A stretch of DNA of 64,000 nt, from contig NC_082710.1 of assembly GCF_030144855.1 (NCBI RefSeq), positions 154,132,001 through 154,196,000 on the forward strand, read 5' to 3'. How positions within the stretch are numbered: position 1 is the first letter of the stretch; each line of letters begins with the position of its first letter. Made by a program: the position numbers and the translations under genes. Source of the DNA: Hypanus sabinus. Its lineage: Eukaryota. Below the pieces are notes generated by a model. It did no database searches, was not told where the DNA came from, and saw only the letters and a list, made by a program, of their open reading frames with translations. Below, one piece after another: positions 51,383 through 64,000 of the stretch.

Positions 51383-52356
51383 CTGCGGAAGAGAGATCAG
51401 TCACATGAGAGTTAAGCAAACTGTTGGGCCCAGGGTCAACTGGACTTCCTGTGCACCACCCCATTCCCCACCCCTCCCTCTCCCCTTCCACCATCCCTCT
51501 CCTTCCATCACTAGCACCCCATCAGTGGCAACCCCTACCCCTACACCCCTAATCCCAGTGAAGCCCATCAGACCCGGGAAAAGGGAATCAAAAACCAGAG
51601 GGCAGAGTTTAAAGGTGAGAGAGAAAACAAGAGGACATGAGTTGAGAGTTAGGGGGCAAAAGTTTAAGGGTAACACGAGGGGGAATTTCTTTACTCAGCG
51701 AGTGGTAGCTGTGTGGAATGAGATTCCAGCAGAAATGGTAGAGGCAGGTTCGGTATTGTCATTTAAAGTAAAACTGGATAGGTACATGGACAGGAAAGGA
51801 ATGGAGGGTTATGGGCTGAGTGCGGGCCAGTGGGACTAGGTGAGAGTAAGCATCGGCACGGACTAGAAGGGCCAAGATGGCCTGTTTCTGTGCTGTAATT
51901 GTTATATGGTTAATTAAAAGGGAGCAGAGGGGCAACGTCAAGACACAGAGCTGCCAGAGGAAATGGTTGAGGCAGGTACTATAACATTTGGAAGACATTT
52001 GGCCAGGTACATGGATAGGAAAAGTTTACTGGGATGTTGGTCAAGACTGTGAATGCTAAGGACAGGCTTCCTTGCTGTCAGGGTCTACACCAGTTGTAGA
52101 CATGACTGGGTTCAATAGATCATTGGATTTTAGAGGAATTAAAGAAATTGAAGATATTTTATATAGTTCAATATTTCCTTACACTATTGAAGGAGACTAT
52201 TTGGCCCATTTAGTGCATACCAGCTGATGAAGTAATCTCATTGCCTCACTAGCCCCACATTCCAATTTTCTACCCCTTACCCACACAACGGAGGCAAAGA
52301 AGGGGCACCTGGAATGAGCCAGTTGGGCGCCGAGTGTCAATCAACACCATTCCTAC

Positions 52357-52404
52357 CTCAAGTATTGCCGAGGGAACTGGCCGAGGATCCTGCATCTTCT
52401 GTGG
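52357..52404 (-). CDS. MHC class I-like gene B, cytoplasmic exon 7 (48 bp): (T)TEDAGSSASSLGNT*
   Basis: Branch point ctaac, polypyrimidine tract, cacag|CC ... TGA G|gtagga; Ser-rich tail. Confidence 0.8.
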
Positions 52405-53111
52405 CTGTGAATGGAGGGGCAAGAGTTAGAATCTGTTCACCGTCAGGGATGGAGGGACAGAGAGGGGGTAGGAGAGAGGGATTCAGGTAGGGAGACACTG
52501 TCTGTGGACTGGGAAAGAATCAGTGAGAGGCATTTGGAAATAGAGAGAGCACCACAGTAGATGCTCAATGATAAGAGACCATTACGCACACTAATCCCTT
52601 TCTGTATGTCCCCAGCCCTAGCGGCTGGGTGTCCGCTCTGCTCCCCGTGCCCTGCGGGGGGGGGGGGGGGGAGGGAGTGGGCGCTCAGCTCCACATCTCC
52701 TAGGGTCGGTATTCCCCAACTCTGACAACTTACTTGCATGCCTATTTCCCCAGACCACACTTGATTCTTTGGCTGATCAGAAACATTCTCTGACCCCAAG
52801 TTCCTGACCACCCCTGCAGTGGGAACAGTCCCTCCCCATGTGCCCCACACACTTCATCTTTAATCCATGTCTCACCCTTCTCTGTTCCCTAAACAGCAAC
52901 CTGGCTTCTCTATTCAACCCTCAGCAGCAACATTCCCCATTCTGGGACCACTGAGATGAACTGCTCTGATCTTCCCTGAGTTGGGAATCCCACCCCCTAT
53001 GGTAACATCTCACGGCTCCACCGAGAGAGGGAGAGACGGACACACAGACCCACGAGGAGCTTATCGTCGCATAATCAAGGGTTAGGAGAGGAGCATCGAT
53101 ATTGAGCTTAC

Positions 53112-53144
53112 TCTGTGTGGCAACGTAGGTCCTCTTCACTCCCT
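53112..53144 (-). CDS. MHC class I-like gene B, cytoplasmic exon 6 (33 bp): (E)GVKRTYVATQ
   Basis: tttttgcag|AG ... CAG A|gtaagc; carries the Tyr typical of class I tails. Confidence 0.82.
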
Positions 53145-53231
53145 CTGCAAAAACAAGGAGACGGTGAGTGGGGCTGATGGATTGGGTTAGACAAAACTGA
53201 CCCCACAGAAAACCCCCCTTTAAAATCCTCA

Positions 53232-56200
53232 CACTCCCATCCCCAACTCTCCGACCCTCCTCCGAGAACCCTCACTCTCCCCTCAACACATCCTCCCCAT
53301 CTCTCCAACCCTCCTCTGAGAACCCTCACTCCCCCGTCAACACATCCTCCCCATCTCTCCAACCCTCCTCCGAGAACCCTCACTCCCCGTCAACACATCC
53401 TCCCCATCTCTCCAACCCTCCACTGAGAACCCTCACTCCCCCCCAACACATCCTCCCCATCTCTCCAACCCTCCACTGAGAACCCTCACTCCCCCCCAAC
53501 ACATCCTCCCCATCTCTCCAACCCTCCTCTGAGAACCCTCACTCCCCCGTCAACACATCCTCCCCATCTCTCCAACCCTCCTCTGAGAACCCTCACTCTC
53601 CCAACACATCCTCCCCATCTCCACAACCCTGCTCTGAGAACTCTCACTCTCCCCCCAACACATCCTCCACATCTCTCCAATCCTCCACTGAGAACCCTCA
53701 CTCCCCCGTCAACATATCCTCCCCATCTCTCCAACCCTCCTCTGAGAACCCTCACTCCCCCAACACATCCTCCCCATCTCTCCAACCCTCCTCCGAGAAC
53801 CCTCACTCCCCCGTCAACACATCCTCCCCATCTCTCCAACCCTCCACTGAGAACCCTCACTCCCCCCCAACACATCCTCCCCATCTCTCCAACCCTCCAA
53901 TGAGAACCCTCACTCTCCCAACACATCCTCCCCATCTCCACAACCCTGCTCTGAGAACTCTCACTCTCCCCCCAACACATCCTCCACATCTCTCCAATCT
54001 TCCTGAGAACCCTCACTCTCCCTCAACACATCGTCCCCATCTCTCCCAACCCATTCTCCCCAACTCTCCCAAACCTCCTCAGAGAACCCACACTCTCCCC
54101 CAACACATCCTCCCCTTCTCTGCAACCCTCCTCGGAGAACCCTCACTCTCCCCCCACATCCTCCCCATCTCCCCAACCCTCCTCTGAGAACCGTCACTCT
54201 CCCCCAACACATCCTCCCCTTCTCTGCAACCCTCCTCGGAGAACCCTCACTCCCCCCACAACACACCCTCCCCATCTCCCCAACCCTCCTCTGAGAACCG
54301 TCACTCTCCCCCAACACATCCTCCCCATCTCTCCCAACCCTCCTCTGAGAACCGTCACTCTCCCCCAACACATCCTCCCCTTCTCTGCAACCCTCCTCTG
54401 AGAACCCTCACTCTCCAACACATCCTCCCCTTCTCTGCAACCCTCCTCCGAGAACCCTCACTCTCCCAACACATCCTCCCCATCTCTCCCAACCCTCCTC
54501 TGAGAACCCTCACTCCCCCCACAACACACCCTCCCCATCTCTGCAACCCTCCTCTGAGAACCCTCACTCCCCCCTCAACACATCCTCCCCCATCTCTCCA
54601 ACCCTCCTCCGAGAACCCTCACTCTCCCCTCAACACACCCTCCCCATCTCTCCAACCCTCCTCTGAGAACCCTCACTCTCCCCTCAACACATCCTCCCCA
54701 TCTCTGCAACCCTCCTCTGAGAACCCTCACTCTCCCACAACACATTCTCCCCATCTCCCCAACCCTCCTCTGAGAACCCTCACTCTCCCCCCACATCCTC
54801 CCCATCTCTCCAACCCTCCTCTGAGAACCCTCACTCCCCCCACAACACATCCTCCCCATCTCTCCAACCCTCCTCTGAGAATCCTCACTCCCCCCACAAC
54901 ACATCCTCCCCATCTCTCCAACCCTCCTCTGAGAACCCTCACTCCCCCCACAACACATCCTCCCCATCTCTCCAACCCTCCGCTGAGAACCCTCACTCTC
55001 CCCCAACACATCCTCCCCATCTCACCAACCCTCCTCTGAGAACTCACTCCCCCAACAACACATCCTCCACATCTCTCCAATCCTCCTGAGAACCCTCACT
55101 TTCCCTCAACACATCATCCCCATCTCTCCCAACCCATTTTCCCAACTCTCCCAAACCTCCTCGGAGAACCCACACTCTCCCCTAACACATCTTACCCATC
55201 TCTCCAACCCTCCTCTGAGAACCCTCACTCTCCCCTCAACACATCCTCCCCATCTCTCCAACCCTCCTCGGAGTACCCTCACTTTCCCTCAACATATCCT
55301 CCCCATCTCTCCCAACCCATTTTCCCAACTCTCCCAAACCTCCTCGGAGAACCCACACTCTCCCACAACACATCCTCCCCTTCTCTGCAACCCTCCTCTG
55401 AGAACCCTCACTCTCCCAACACATCCTCCCCATCTCTCCAACCCTCCTCTGAGAACCCTCACTTCCCCCACAACACACCCTCCCCATCTCTCCAACCCTT
55501 CTCGGAGAACCCTCACTCCCCCCACAACATATCCTCCCCATCTCTCCAACCCTCCTCTGAGAACCCTCACTCCCCCAACACATCCTCCCCATCTCCCCAA
55601 CCCTCCTCTGAGAACCCTCACTCTCCCCTCAACACATCCTCCCCATCTCCCCAACCCTACTCTGAGAACCCTCTCTCTCCCCCAACACACCCTCCCCATC
55701 TCTCCAACCCTTCACTGAGAACCCCCACTCTCCCCTCAACACATCCTCCCCATCTCTGCAACCCTCCACTGAGAACCCTCACTCCCCCCACAACACACCC
55801 TCCCCATCTCTCCCACCCTCCTCGGAGAACCCTCACTCTCCCCCAACACATCCTCCCCATCTCTCCAACCCTCCTCTGAGAACCCTCACTCCCCCCACAA
55901 CACATCCTCCCCATCTCTGAAACCCTTCACTGAGAACCCTCACTCTCCCCTCAACACATCCTCCCCATCTCTCCAACCCTCCTCTGAGAACCCTCACTCT
56001 CCCCTCAACACATCCTCCCCATCTCTCTCAACCCTCCTCTGGGAACCCTCACTTTCCCCTCCCTCCCCATCTCTCCAACCCTCCTCTGAGAACCCTCACT
56101 CTCCCAACACATCCTCCCCATCTCTCCAACCCTCCTCTGAAAACCCTCACTCTCCCCTCAACACATCCTCCCCATCTCTCCAACCCTCCTCTGAGAACCC

Positions 56201-59200
56201 TCACTCCCCCCACAACACACCCTCCCCATCTCTCCAACCCTCCTCCGAGAACCCTCACTCTCCCCTCAACACATCCTCCCCATCTCTCCAACCCTTCACT
56301 GAGAACCCTCACTCTCCCCCAACAAATCCTCCCCATCTCTCCAACCCTCCTCTGAGAACCCTCACTCTCCCCTCAACACATCCTCCCCATCTCTCCAACC
56401 CTCCTCTGAGAACCCTCACTCTCCCCCAACACATCCTCCCCATCTCTCCAACCCTCCTCTGAGAACCCTCACTCCCCCCACAACACATCCTCCCCATCTC
56501 TGAAACCCTTCACTGAGAACCCTCACTCTCCCCTCAACACATCCTCCCCATCTCTCCAACCCTCCTCTGAGAACCCTCACTCTCCCCTCAACACATCCTC
56601 CCCATCTCTCTCAACCCTCCTCTGGGAACCCTCACTTTCCCCTCCCTCCCCATCTCTCCAACCCTCCTCTGAGAACCCTCACTCTCCCAACACATCCTCC
56701 CCATCTCTCCAACCCTCCTCTGAGAACCCTCACTCCCCCAACACATCCTCCCCATCTCTCCAACCCTCCTCCGAGAACCCTCACTCCCCCGTCAACACAT
56801 CCTCCCCATCTCTCCAACCCTCCACTGAGAACCCTCACTCCCCCCCAACACATCCTCCCCATCTCTCCAACCCTCCAATGAGAACCCTCACTCTCCCAAC
56901 ACATCCTCCCCATCTCCACAACCCTGCTCTGAGAACTCTCACTCTCCCCCCAACACATCCTCCACATCTCTCCAATCTTCCTGAGAACCCTCACTCTCCC
57001 TCAACACATCGTCCCCATCTCTCCCAACCCATTCTCCCCAACTCTCCCAAACCTCCTCAGAGAACCCACACTCTCCCCCAACACATCCTCCCCTTCTCTG
57101 CAACCCTCCTCGGAGAACCCTCACTCTCCCCCCACATCCTCCCCATCTCCCCAACCCTCCTCTGAGAACCGTCACTCTCCCCCAACACATCCTCCCCTTC
57201 TCTGCAACCCTCCTCGGAGAACCCTCACTCCCCCCACAACACACCCTCCCCATCTCCCCAACCCTCCTCTGAGAACCGTCACTCTCCCCCAACACATCCT
57301 CCCCATCTCTCCCAACCCTCCTCTGAGAACCGTCACTCTCCCCCAACACATCCTCCCCTTCTCTGCAACCCTCCTCTGAGAACCCTCACTCTCCAACACA
57401 TCCTCCCCTTCTCTGCAACCCTCCTCCGAGAACCCTCACTCTCCCAACACATCCTCCCCATCTCTCCCAACCCTCCTCTGAGAACCCTCACTCCCCCCAC
57501 AACACACCCTCCCCATCTCTGCAACCCTCCTCTGAGAACCCTCACTCCCCCCTCAACACATCCTCCCCCATCTCTCCAACCCTCCTCCGAGAACCCTCAC
57601 TCTCCCCTCAACACACCCTCCCCATCTCTCCAACCCTCCTCTGAGAACCCTCACTCTCCCCTCAACACATCCTCCCCATCTCTGCAACCCTCCTCTGAGA
57701 ACCCTCACTCTCCCACAACACATTCTCCCCATCTCCCCAACCCTCCTCTGAGAACCCTCACTCTCCCCCCACATCCTCCCCATCTCTCCAACCCTCCTCT
57801 GAGAACCCTCACTCCCCCCACAACACATCCTCCCCATCTCTCCAACCCTCCTCTGAGAATCCTCACTCCCCCCACAACACATCCTCCCCATCTCTCCAAC
57901 CCTCCTCTGAGAACCCTCACTCCCCCCACAACACATCCTCCCCATCTCTCCAACCCTCCGCTGAGAACCCTCACTCTCCCCCAACACATCCTCCCCATCT
58001 CACCAACCCTCCTCTGAGAACTCACTCCCCCAACAACACATCCTCCACATCTCTCCAATCCTCCTGAGAACCCTCACTTTCCCTCAACACATCATCCCCA
58101 TCTCTCCCAACCCATTTTCCCAACTCTCCCAAACCTCCTCGGAGAACCCACACTCTCCCCTAACACATCTTACCCATCTCTCCAACCCTCCTCTGAGAAC
58201 CCTCACTCTCCCCTCAACACATCCTCCCCATCTCTCCAACCCTCCTCGGAGTACCCTCACTTTCCCTCAACATATCCTCCCCATCTCTCCCAACCCATTT
58301 TCCCAACTCTCCCAAACCTCCTCGGAGAACCCACACTCTCCCACAACACATCCTCCCCTTCTCTGCAACCCTCCTCTGAGAACCCTCACTCTCCCAACAC
58401 ATCCTCCCCATCTCTCCAACCCTCCTCTGAGAACCCTCACTTCCCCCACAACACACCCTCCCCATCTCTCCAACCCTTCTCGGAGAACCCTCACTCCCCC
58501 CACAACATATCCTCCCCATCTCTCCAACCCTCCTCTGAGAACCCTCACTCCCCCAACACATCCTCCCCATCTCCCCAACCCTCCTCTGAGAACCCTCACT
58601 CTCCCCTCAACACATCCTCCCCATCTCCCCAACCCTACTCTGAGAACCCTCTCTCTCCCCCAACACACCCTCCCCATCTCTCCAACCCTTCACTGAGAAC
58701 CCCCACTCTCCCCTCAACACATCCTCCCCATCTCTGCAACCCTCCACTGAGAACCCTCACTCCCCCCACAACACACCCTCCCCATCTCTCCCACCCTCCT
58801 CGGAGAACCCTCACTCTCCCCCAACACATCCTCCCCATCTCTCCAACCCTCCTCTGAGAACCCTCACTCCCCCCACAACACATCCTCCCCATCTCTGAAA
58901 CCCTTCACTGAGAACCCTCACTCTCCCCTCAACACATCCTCCCCATCTCTCCAACCCTCCTCTGAGAACCCTCACTCTCCCCTCAACACATCCTCCCCAT
59001 CTCTCTCAACCCTCCTCTGGGAACCCTCACTTTCCCCTCCCTCCCCATCTCTCCAACCCTCCTCTGAGAACCCTCACTCTCCCAACACATCCTCCCCATC
59101 TCTCCAACCCTCCTCTGAAAACCCTCACTCTCCCCTCAACACATCCTCCCCATCTCTCCAACCCTCCTCTGAGAACCCTCACTCCCCCCACAACACACCC

Positions 59201-59900
59201 TCCCCATCTCTCCAACCCTCCTCCGAGAACCCTCACTCTCCCCTCAACACATCCTCCCCATCTCTCCAACCCTTCACTGAGAACCCTCACTCTCCCCCAA
59301 CAAATCCTCCCCATCTCTCCAACCCTCCTCTGAGAACCCTCACTCTCCCCTCAACACATCCTCCCCATCTCTCCAACCCTCCTCTGAGAACCCTCACTCT
59401 CCCCCAACACATCCTCCCCATCTCTCCAACCCTCCTCTGAGAACCCTCACTCCCCCCACAACACATCCTCCCCATCTCTGAAACCCTTCACTGAGAACCC
59501 TCACTCTCCCCTCAACACATCCTCCCCATCTCTCCAACCCTCCTCTGAGAACCCTCACTCTCCCCTCAACACATCCTCCCCATCTCTCTCAACCCTCCTC
59601 TGGGAACCCTCACTTTCCCCTCCCTCCCCATCTCTCCAACCCTCCTCTGAGAACCCTCACTCTCCCAACACATCCTCCCCATCTCTCCAACCCTCCTCTG
59701 AAAACCCTCACTCTCCCCTCAACACATCCTCCCCATCTCTCCAACCCTCCTCCGAGAACCCTCACTCTCCCCTCAACTCATCCTCCCCATCTCTCCAACC
59801 CTCCACTGAGAACCCTCACTCTCCCCTCAACACATCCTCCTCATCGCTCCAACCCTCCTCTGAGAACCCTCACACTCCCAACACATCCTCCTCATCTCCC
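53232..59900. repeat. C/T-rich minisatellite, about 54-bp unit CCCTCACTCTCCCCTCAACACATCCTCCCCATCTCTCCAACCCTCCTCTGAGAA, with a 2978-bp higher-order duplication; in the TM-exon 6 intron of gene B
   Basis: Periodicity read directly; identical ORFs recur exactly 2978 bp apart (e.g. 53900/56878, 55289/58267, 56309/59287). Confidence 0.95.
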
Positions 59901-59932
59901 CCACCCCCATGCTCAGTTCTCTCAAGCCCTAC

Positions 59933-60028
59933 CTCGCCACCTGTACACAGCACCAATGATGATGGTGAGAACCAGGATGGTGACCAGGAGCCCCACCATT
60001 AATGGGATCCAGGGTTGAGCTTCACGGT
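59933..60028 (-). CDS. MHC class I-like gene B, TM exon (96 bp): (D)REAQPWIPLMVGLLVTILVLTIIIGAVYRWR
   Basis: ctccccag|AC ... CGA G|gtaggg; hydrophobic span followed by basic stop-transfer residues. Confidence 0.9.
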
Positions 60029-60394
60029 CTGGGGAGAGGACTGGAGATGGAACAGGAGGTTCACAGTTACACAGAGGCCACAATCACCAGGGGAACACCA
60101 CACTGGCTACACCTCCCCATTAAGTAATGTGCCCAGAAGCACTGGCTACTACTCTAATAACACAGGACACTTGACTGTAATGACCAAGATCTGGCCACAT
60201 GTCAGAATACAGAATGCACCAACCCGCTCTGGAATAACCCACCGATCTTTAGCAGCTCTGCTCTGCCCTGTCACAGGGCAGCCTGGTCTCCACCTCCCTT
60301 TGGAAAGTGTCGGTGCACCGCTGTGGGCACCTTCAGACCCCTCCCCACCTGTGAGTGCACTCAGACCCTCCCTCAAGCTGACTGATCAACTCAC

Positions 60395-60658
60395 CGTAAA
60401 TCAGGGTGAGGGCATCCTCCAGTCCGCCGTGCTCCACCCGGCAGGAGAACGGGCCCGGGTCTGCAGGATCGACCTGCACCCACTTCCGGATCTGGTGGGT
60501 GCCGTCGTGATTGAGCAGCAGCCCGCTGGAGTAGGCCTCGTGTAAGATGGTCCCGTTCCGCCACAGAGTCACCTCGATGGATGGGGGGTGGAAGCCGGTG
60601 GCCAAGCAGGAGAGGTGCTGGCTGTGGTCCAAAGGCGTGAACGTCACCTGGGGAGCCA
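60395..60658 (-). CDS. MHC class I-like gene B, alpha3 exon (264 bp): VAPQVTFTPLDHSQHLSCLATGFHPPSIEVTLWRNGTILHEAYSSGLLLNHDGTHQIRKWVQVDPADPGPFSCRVEHGGLEDALTLIY
   Basis: ttccccag|TG ... TAC G|gtgagt; 62/88 aa identical to gene A alpha3 by hand count. Confidence 0.95.
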
Positions 60659-60699
60659 CTGGGGAAAGGAAGATGAGTGAGAGCAGGATCTGGGGTCAG

Positions 60700-63600
60700 G
60701 GAGAGCTCCGCACCCGGACAGAGGGAGAGGGAGAGCCCGCACCCGGACGGGGGGACAGGGAGAGGGAGAGCCCGCACCCGGACGGGGGGACAGGGAGAGG
60801 GAGAGCCCGCACCCGGACGGGGGGACAGGGAGAGGGAGAGCCCGCACCCGGACGGGGGGACAGGGAGAGGGACGGGGAGAGCCCGCACCCGGACGGGGGG
60901 ACAGGGAGAGGGACGGGGAGAGCCCGCACCCGGACGGGGGGACAGGGAGAGGGACGGGGAGAGCCCGCACCCGGACGGGGGGACAGGGAGAGGGACGGGG
61001 AGAGCCCGCACCCGGACGGGGGGACAGGGAGAGGGACGGGGAGAGCCCGCACCCGGACGGGGGGACAGGGAGAGGGAGAGCCCGCACCCGGACGGGGGGA
61101 CAGGGAGAGGGAGAGCCCGCACCCGGACGGGGGGGACAGGGAGAGGGAGAGCCCGCACCCGGACGGGGGGGACAGGGAGAGGGAGAGCCCGCACCCGGAC
61201 GGGGGGACAGGGAGAGGGACGGGGAGAGCCCGCACCCGGACGGGGGGACAGGGAGAGGGACGGGGAGAGCCCGCACCCGGACGGGGGGACTGGTACAGGG
61301 ACGGGGAGAGCTCCGCACCCGGACGGGGGGACTGGTACAGGGACGGGGAGAGCTCCGCACCCGGACGGGGGGACTGGTACAGGGACGGGGAGAGCTCCGC
61401 ACCCGGACGGGGGGACTGGTACAGGGACGGGGAGAGCTCCGCACCCGGACGGGGGGACTGGTACAGGGACGGGGAGAGCTCCGCACCCGGACGGGGGGAC
61501 TGGTACAGGGACGGGGAGAGCTCCGCACCCGGACGGGGGGACTGGTACAGGGACGGGGAGAGCTCCGCACCCGGACGGGGGGACTGGTACAGGGACGGGG
61601 AGAGCTCCGCACCCGGACGGGGGGACTGGTACAGGGACGGGGAGAGCTCCGCACCCGGACGGGGGGACTGGTACAGGGACGGGGAGAGCTCCGCACCCGG
61701 ACGGGGGGACTGGTACAGGGACGGGGAGAGCTCCGCACCCGGACGGGGGGACTGGTACAGGGACGGGGAGAGCTCCGCACCCGGACGGGGGGACTGGTAC
61801 AGGGACGGGGAGAGCTCCGCACCCGGACGGGGGGACTGGTACAGGGACGGGGAGAGCTCCGCACCCGGACGGGGGGACTGGTACAGGGACGGGGAGAGCT
61901 CCGCACCCGGACGGGGGGACTGGTACAGGGACGGGGAGAGCTCCGCACCCGGACGGGGGGACTGGTACAGGGACGGGGAGAGCTCCGCACCCGGACGGGG
62001 GGACTGGTACAGGGACGGGGAGAGCTCCGCACCCGGACGGGGGGACTGGTACAGGGACGGGGAGAGCTCCGCACCCGGACGGGGGGACTGGTACAGGGAC
62101 GGGGAGAGCTCCGCACCCGGACGGGGGGACTGGTACAGGGACGGGGAGAGCTCCGCACCCGGACGGGGGGACTGGTACAGGGACGGGGAGAGCTCCGCAC
62201 CCGGACGGGGGGACTGGTACAGGGACGGGGAGAGCTCCGCACCCGGACGGGGGGACTGGTACAGGGACGGGGAGAGCTCCGCACCCGGACGGGGGGACTG
62301 GTACAGGGACGGGGAGAGCTCCGCACCCGGACGGGGGGACTGGTACAGGGACGGGGAGAGCTCCGCACCCGGACGGGGGGACTGGTACAGGGACGGGGAG
62401 AGCTCCGCACCCGGACGGGGGGACTGGTACAGGGACGGGGAGAGCTCCGCACCCGGACGGGGGGACTGGTACAGGGACGGGGAGAGCTCCGCACCCGGAC
62501 GGGGGGACTGGTACAGGGACGGGGAGAGCTCCGCACCCGGACGGGGGGACTGGTACAGGGACGGGGAGAGCTCCGCACCCGGACGGGGGGACTGGTACAG
62601 GGACGGGGAGAGCTCCGCACCCGGACGGGGGGACTGGTACAGGGACGGGGAGAGCTCCGCACCCGGACGGGGGGACTGGTACAGGGACGGGGAGAGCTCC
62701 GCACCCGGACGGGGGGACTGGTACAGGGACGGGGAGAGCTCCGCACCCGGACGGGGGGACTGGTACAGGGACGGGGAGAGCTCCGCACCCGGACGGGGGG
62801 ACTGGTACAGGGACGGGGAGAGCTCCGCACCCGGACGGGGGGACTGGTACAGGGACGGGGAGAGCTCCGCACCCGGACGGGGGGACTGGTACAGGGACGG
62901 GGAGAGCTCCGCACCCGGACGGGGGGACTGGTACAGGGACGGGGAGAGCTCCGCACCCGGACGGGGGGACTGGTACAGGGACGGGGAGAGCTCCGCACCC
63001 GGACGGGGGGACTGGTACAGGGACGGGGAGAGCTCCGCACCCGGACGGGGGGACTGGTACAGGGACGGGGAGAGCTCCGCACCCGGACGGGGGGACTGGT
63101 ACAGGGACGGGGAGAGCTCCGCACCCGGACGGGGGGACTGGTACAGGGACGGGGAGAGCTCCGCACCCGGACGGGGGGACTGGTACAGGGACGGGGAGAG
63201 CTCCGCACCCGGACGGGGGGACTGGTACAGGGACGGGGAGAGCTCCGCACCCGGACGGGGGGACTGGTACAGGGACGGGGAGAGCTCCGCACCCGGACGG
63301 GGGGACTGGTACAGGGACGGGGAGAGCTCCGCACCCGGACGGGGGGACTGGTACAGGGACGGGGAGAGCTCCGCACCCGGACGGGGGGACTGGTACAGGG
63401 ACGGGGAGAGCTCCGCACCCGGACGGGGGGACTGGTACAGGGACGGGGAGAGCTCCGCACCCGGACGGGGGGGACTGGTACAGGGACGGGGAGAGCTCCG
63501 CACCCGGACGGGGGGACTGGTACAGGGACGGGGAGAGCTCCGCACCCGGACGGGGGGGACTGGTACAGGGACGGGGAGAGCTCCGCACCCGGACGGGGGG

Positions 63601-64000
63601 ACTGGTACAGGGACGGGGAGAGCTCCGCACCCGGACGGGGGGACTGGTACAGGGACGGGGAGAGCTCCGCACCCGGACGGGGGGACTGGTACAGGGACGG
63701 GGAGAGCTCCGCACCCGGACGGGGGGACTGGTACAGGGACGGGGAGAGCTCCGCACCCGGACGGGGGGACTGGTACAGGGACGGGGAGAGCTCCGCACCC
63801 GGACGGGGGGACTGGTACAGGGACGGGGAGAGCTCCGCACCCGGACGGGGGGACTGGTACAGGGACGGGGAGAGCTCCGCACCCGGACGGGGGGACTGGT
63901 ACAGGGACGGGGAGAGCTCCGCACCCGGACGGGGGGACTGGTACAGGGACGGGGAGAGCTCCGCACCCGGACGGGGGGACTGGTACAGGGACGGGGAGAG
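60700..64000. repeat. G-rich minisatellite, 42-bp unit CTCCGCACCCGGACGGGGGGACTGGTACAGGGACGGGGAGAG (about 65 near-perfect copies from about 61280; 36-42-bp variants at 60700-61280); in the alpha2-alpha3 intron of gene B
   Basis: Periodicity read directly. Confidence 0.96.

Noticed and set aside
52734-52813. Candidate extra cytoplasmic exon of gene B (strong CAA|gtaagt donor)
   Set aside because: Phase 1-0 does not fit the 48-bp exon and gene A has no homologue; it could only be a minor alternative exon
53108-59475. Many G/R/W/C-rich ORFs
   Set aside because: Translations of the 54-bp minisatellite
60391-63966. ORFs of 938-1191 aa on the minus strand
   Set aside because: Translations of a stop-free 42-bp minisatellite, open in all three frames; they lie in an intron of gene B

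Overview
Vertebrate genomic DNA, most likely from the MHC region of a cartilaginous fish (probably a ray, inferred from the repeat families present). Plus strand: the last 7 coding exons of complement C4 (2337-18837; 239 aa C-terminus with the C345C/NTR domain; poly(A) signals at about 18908-18947). Minus strand, tail-to-tail with C4: two tandem MHC class I-like genes. Gene A (about 21385-43518) is complete from leader to 3'UTR and non-classical, retaining only 1 of 8 peptide-anchoring residues. Its TM exon carries an in-frame 42-bp repeat-derived insertion and a TAA codon directly after the hydrophobic segment, giving a tailless C-terminus with GPI-signal-like architecture. Gene B (about 50722 to beyond 64000) shows only alpha3, TM and cytoplasmic exons in this window and has an intact tail. 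Intron 2 of gene A holds a 5.47-kb Tx1/Keno-like LINE with a 10-bp TSD whose first 25 nt are U2 snRNA nt 13-37. The remainder is Penelope, CR1, Rex-Babar, I-clade, hAT and Tc1 relics, SINEs, and three large minisatellites (29, about 54 and 42 bp units). All exon calls were made by hand from splice signals, phase compatibility and translation; no database searches were run.
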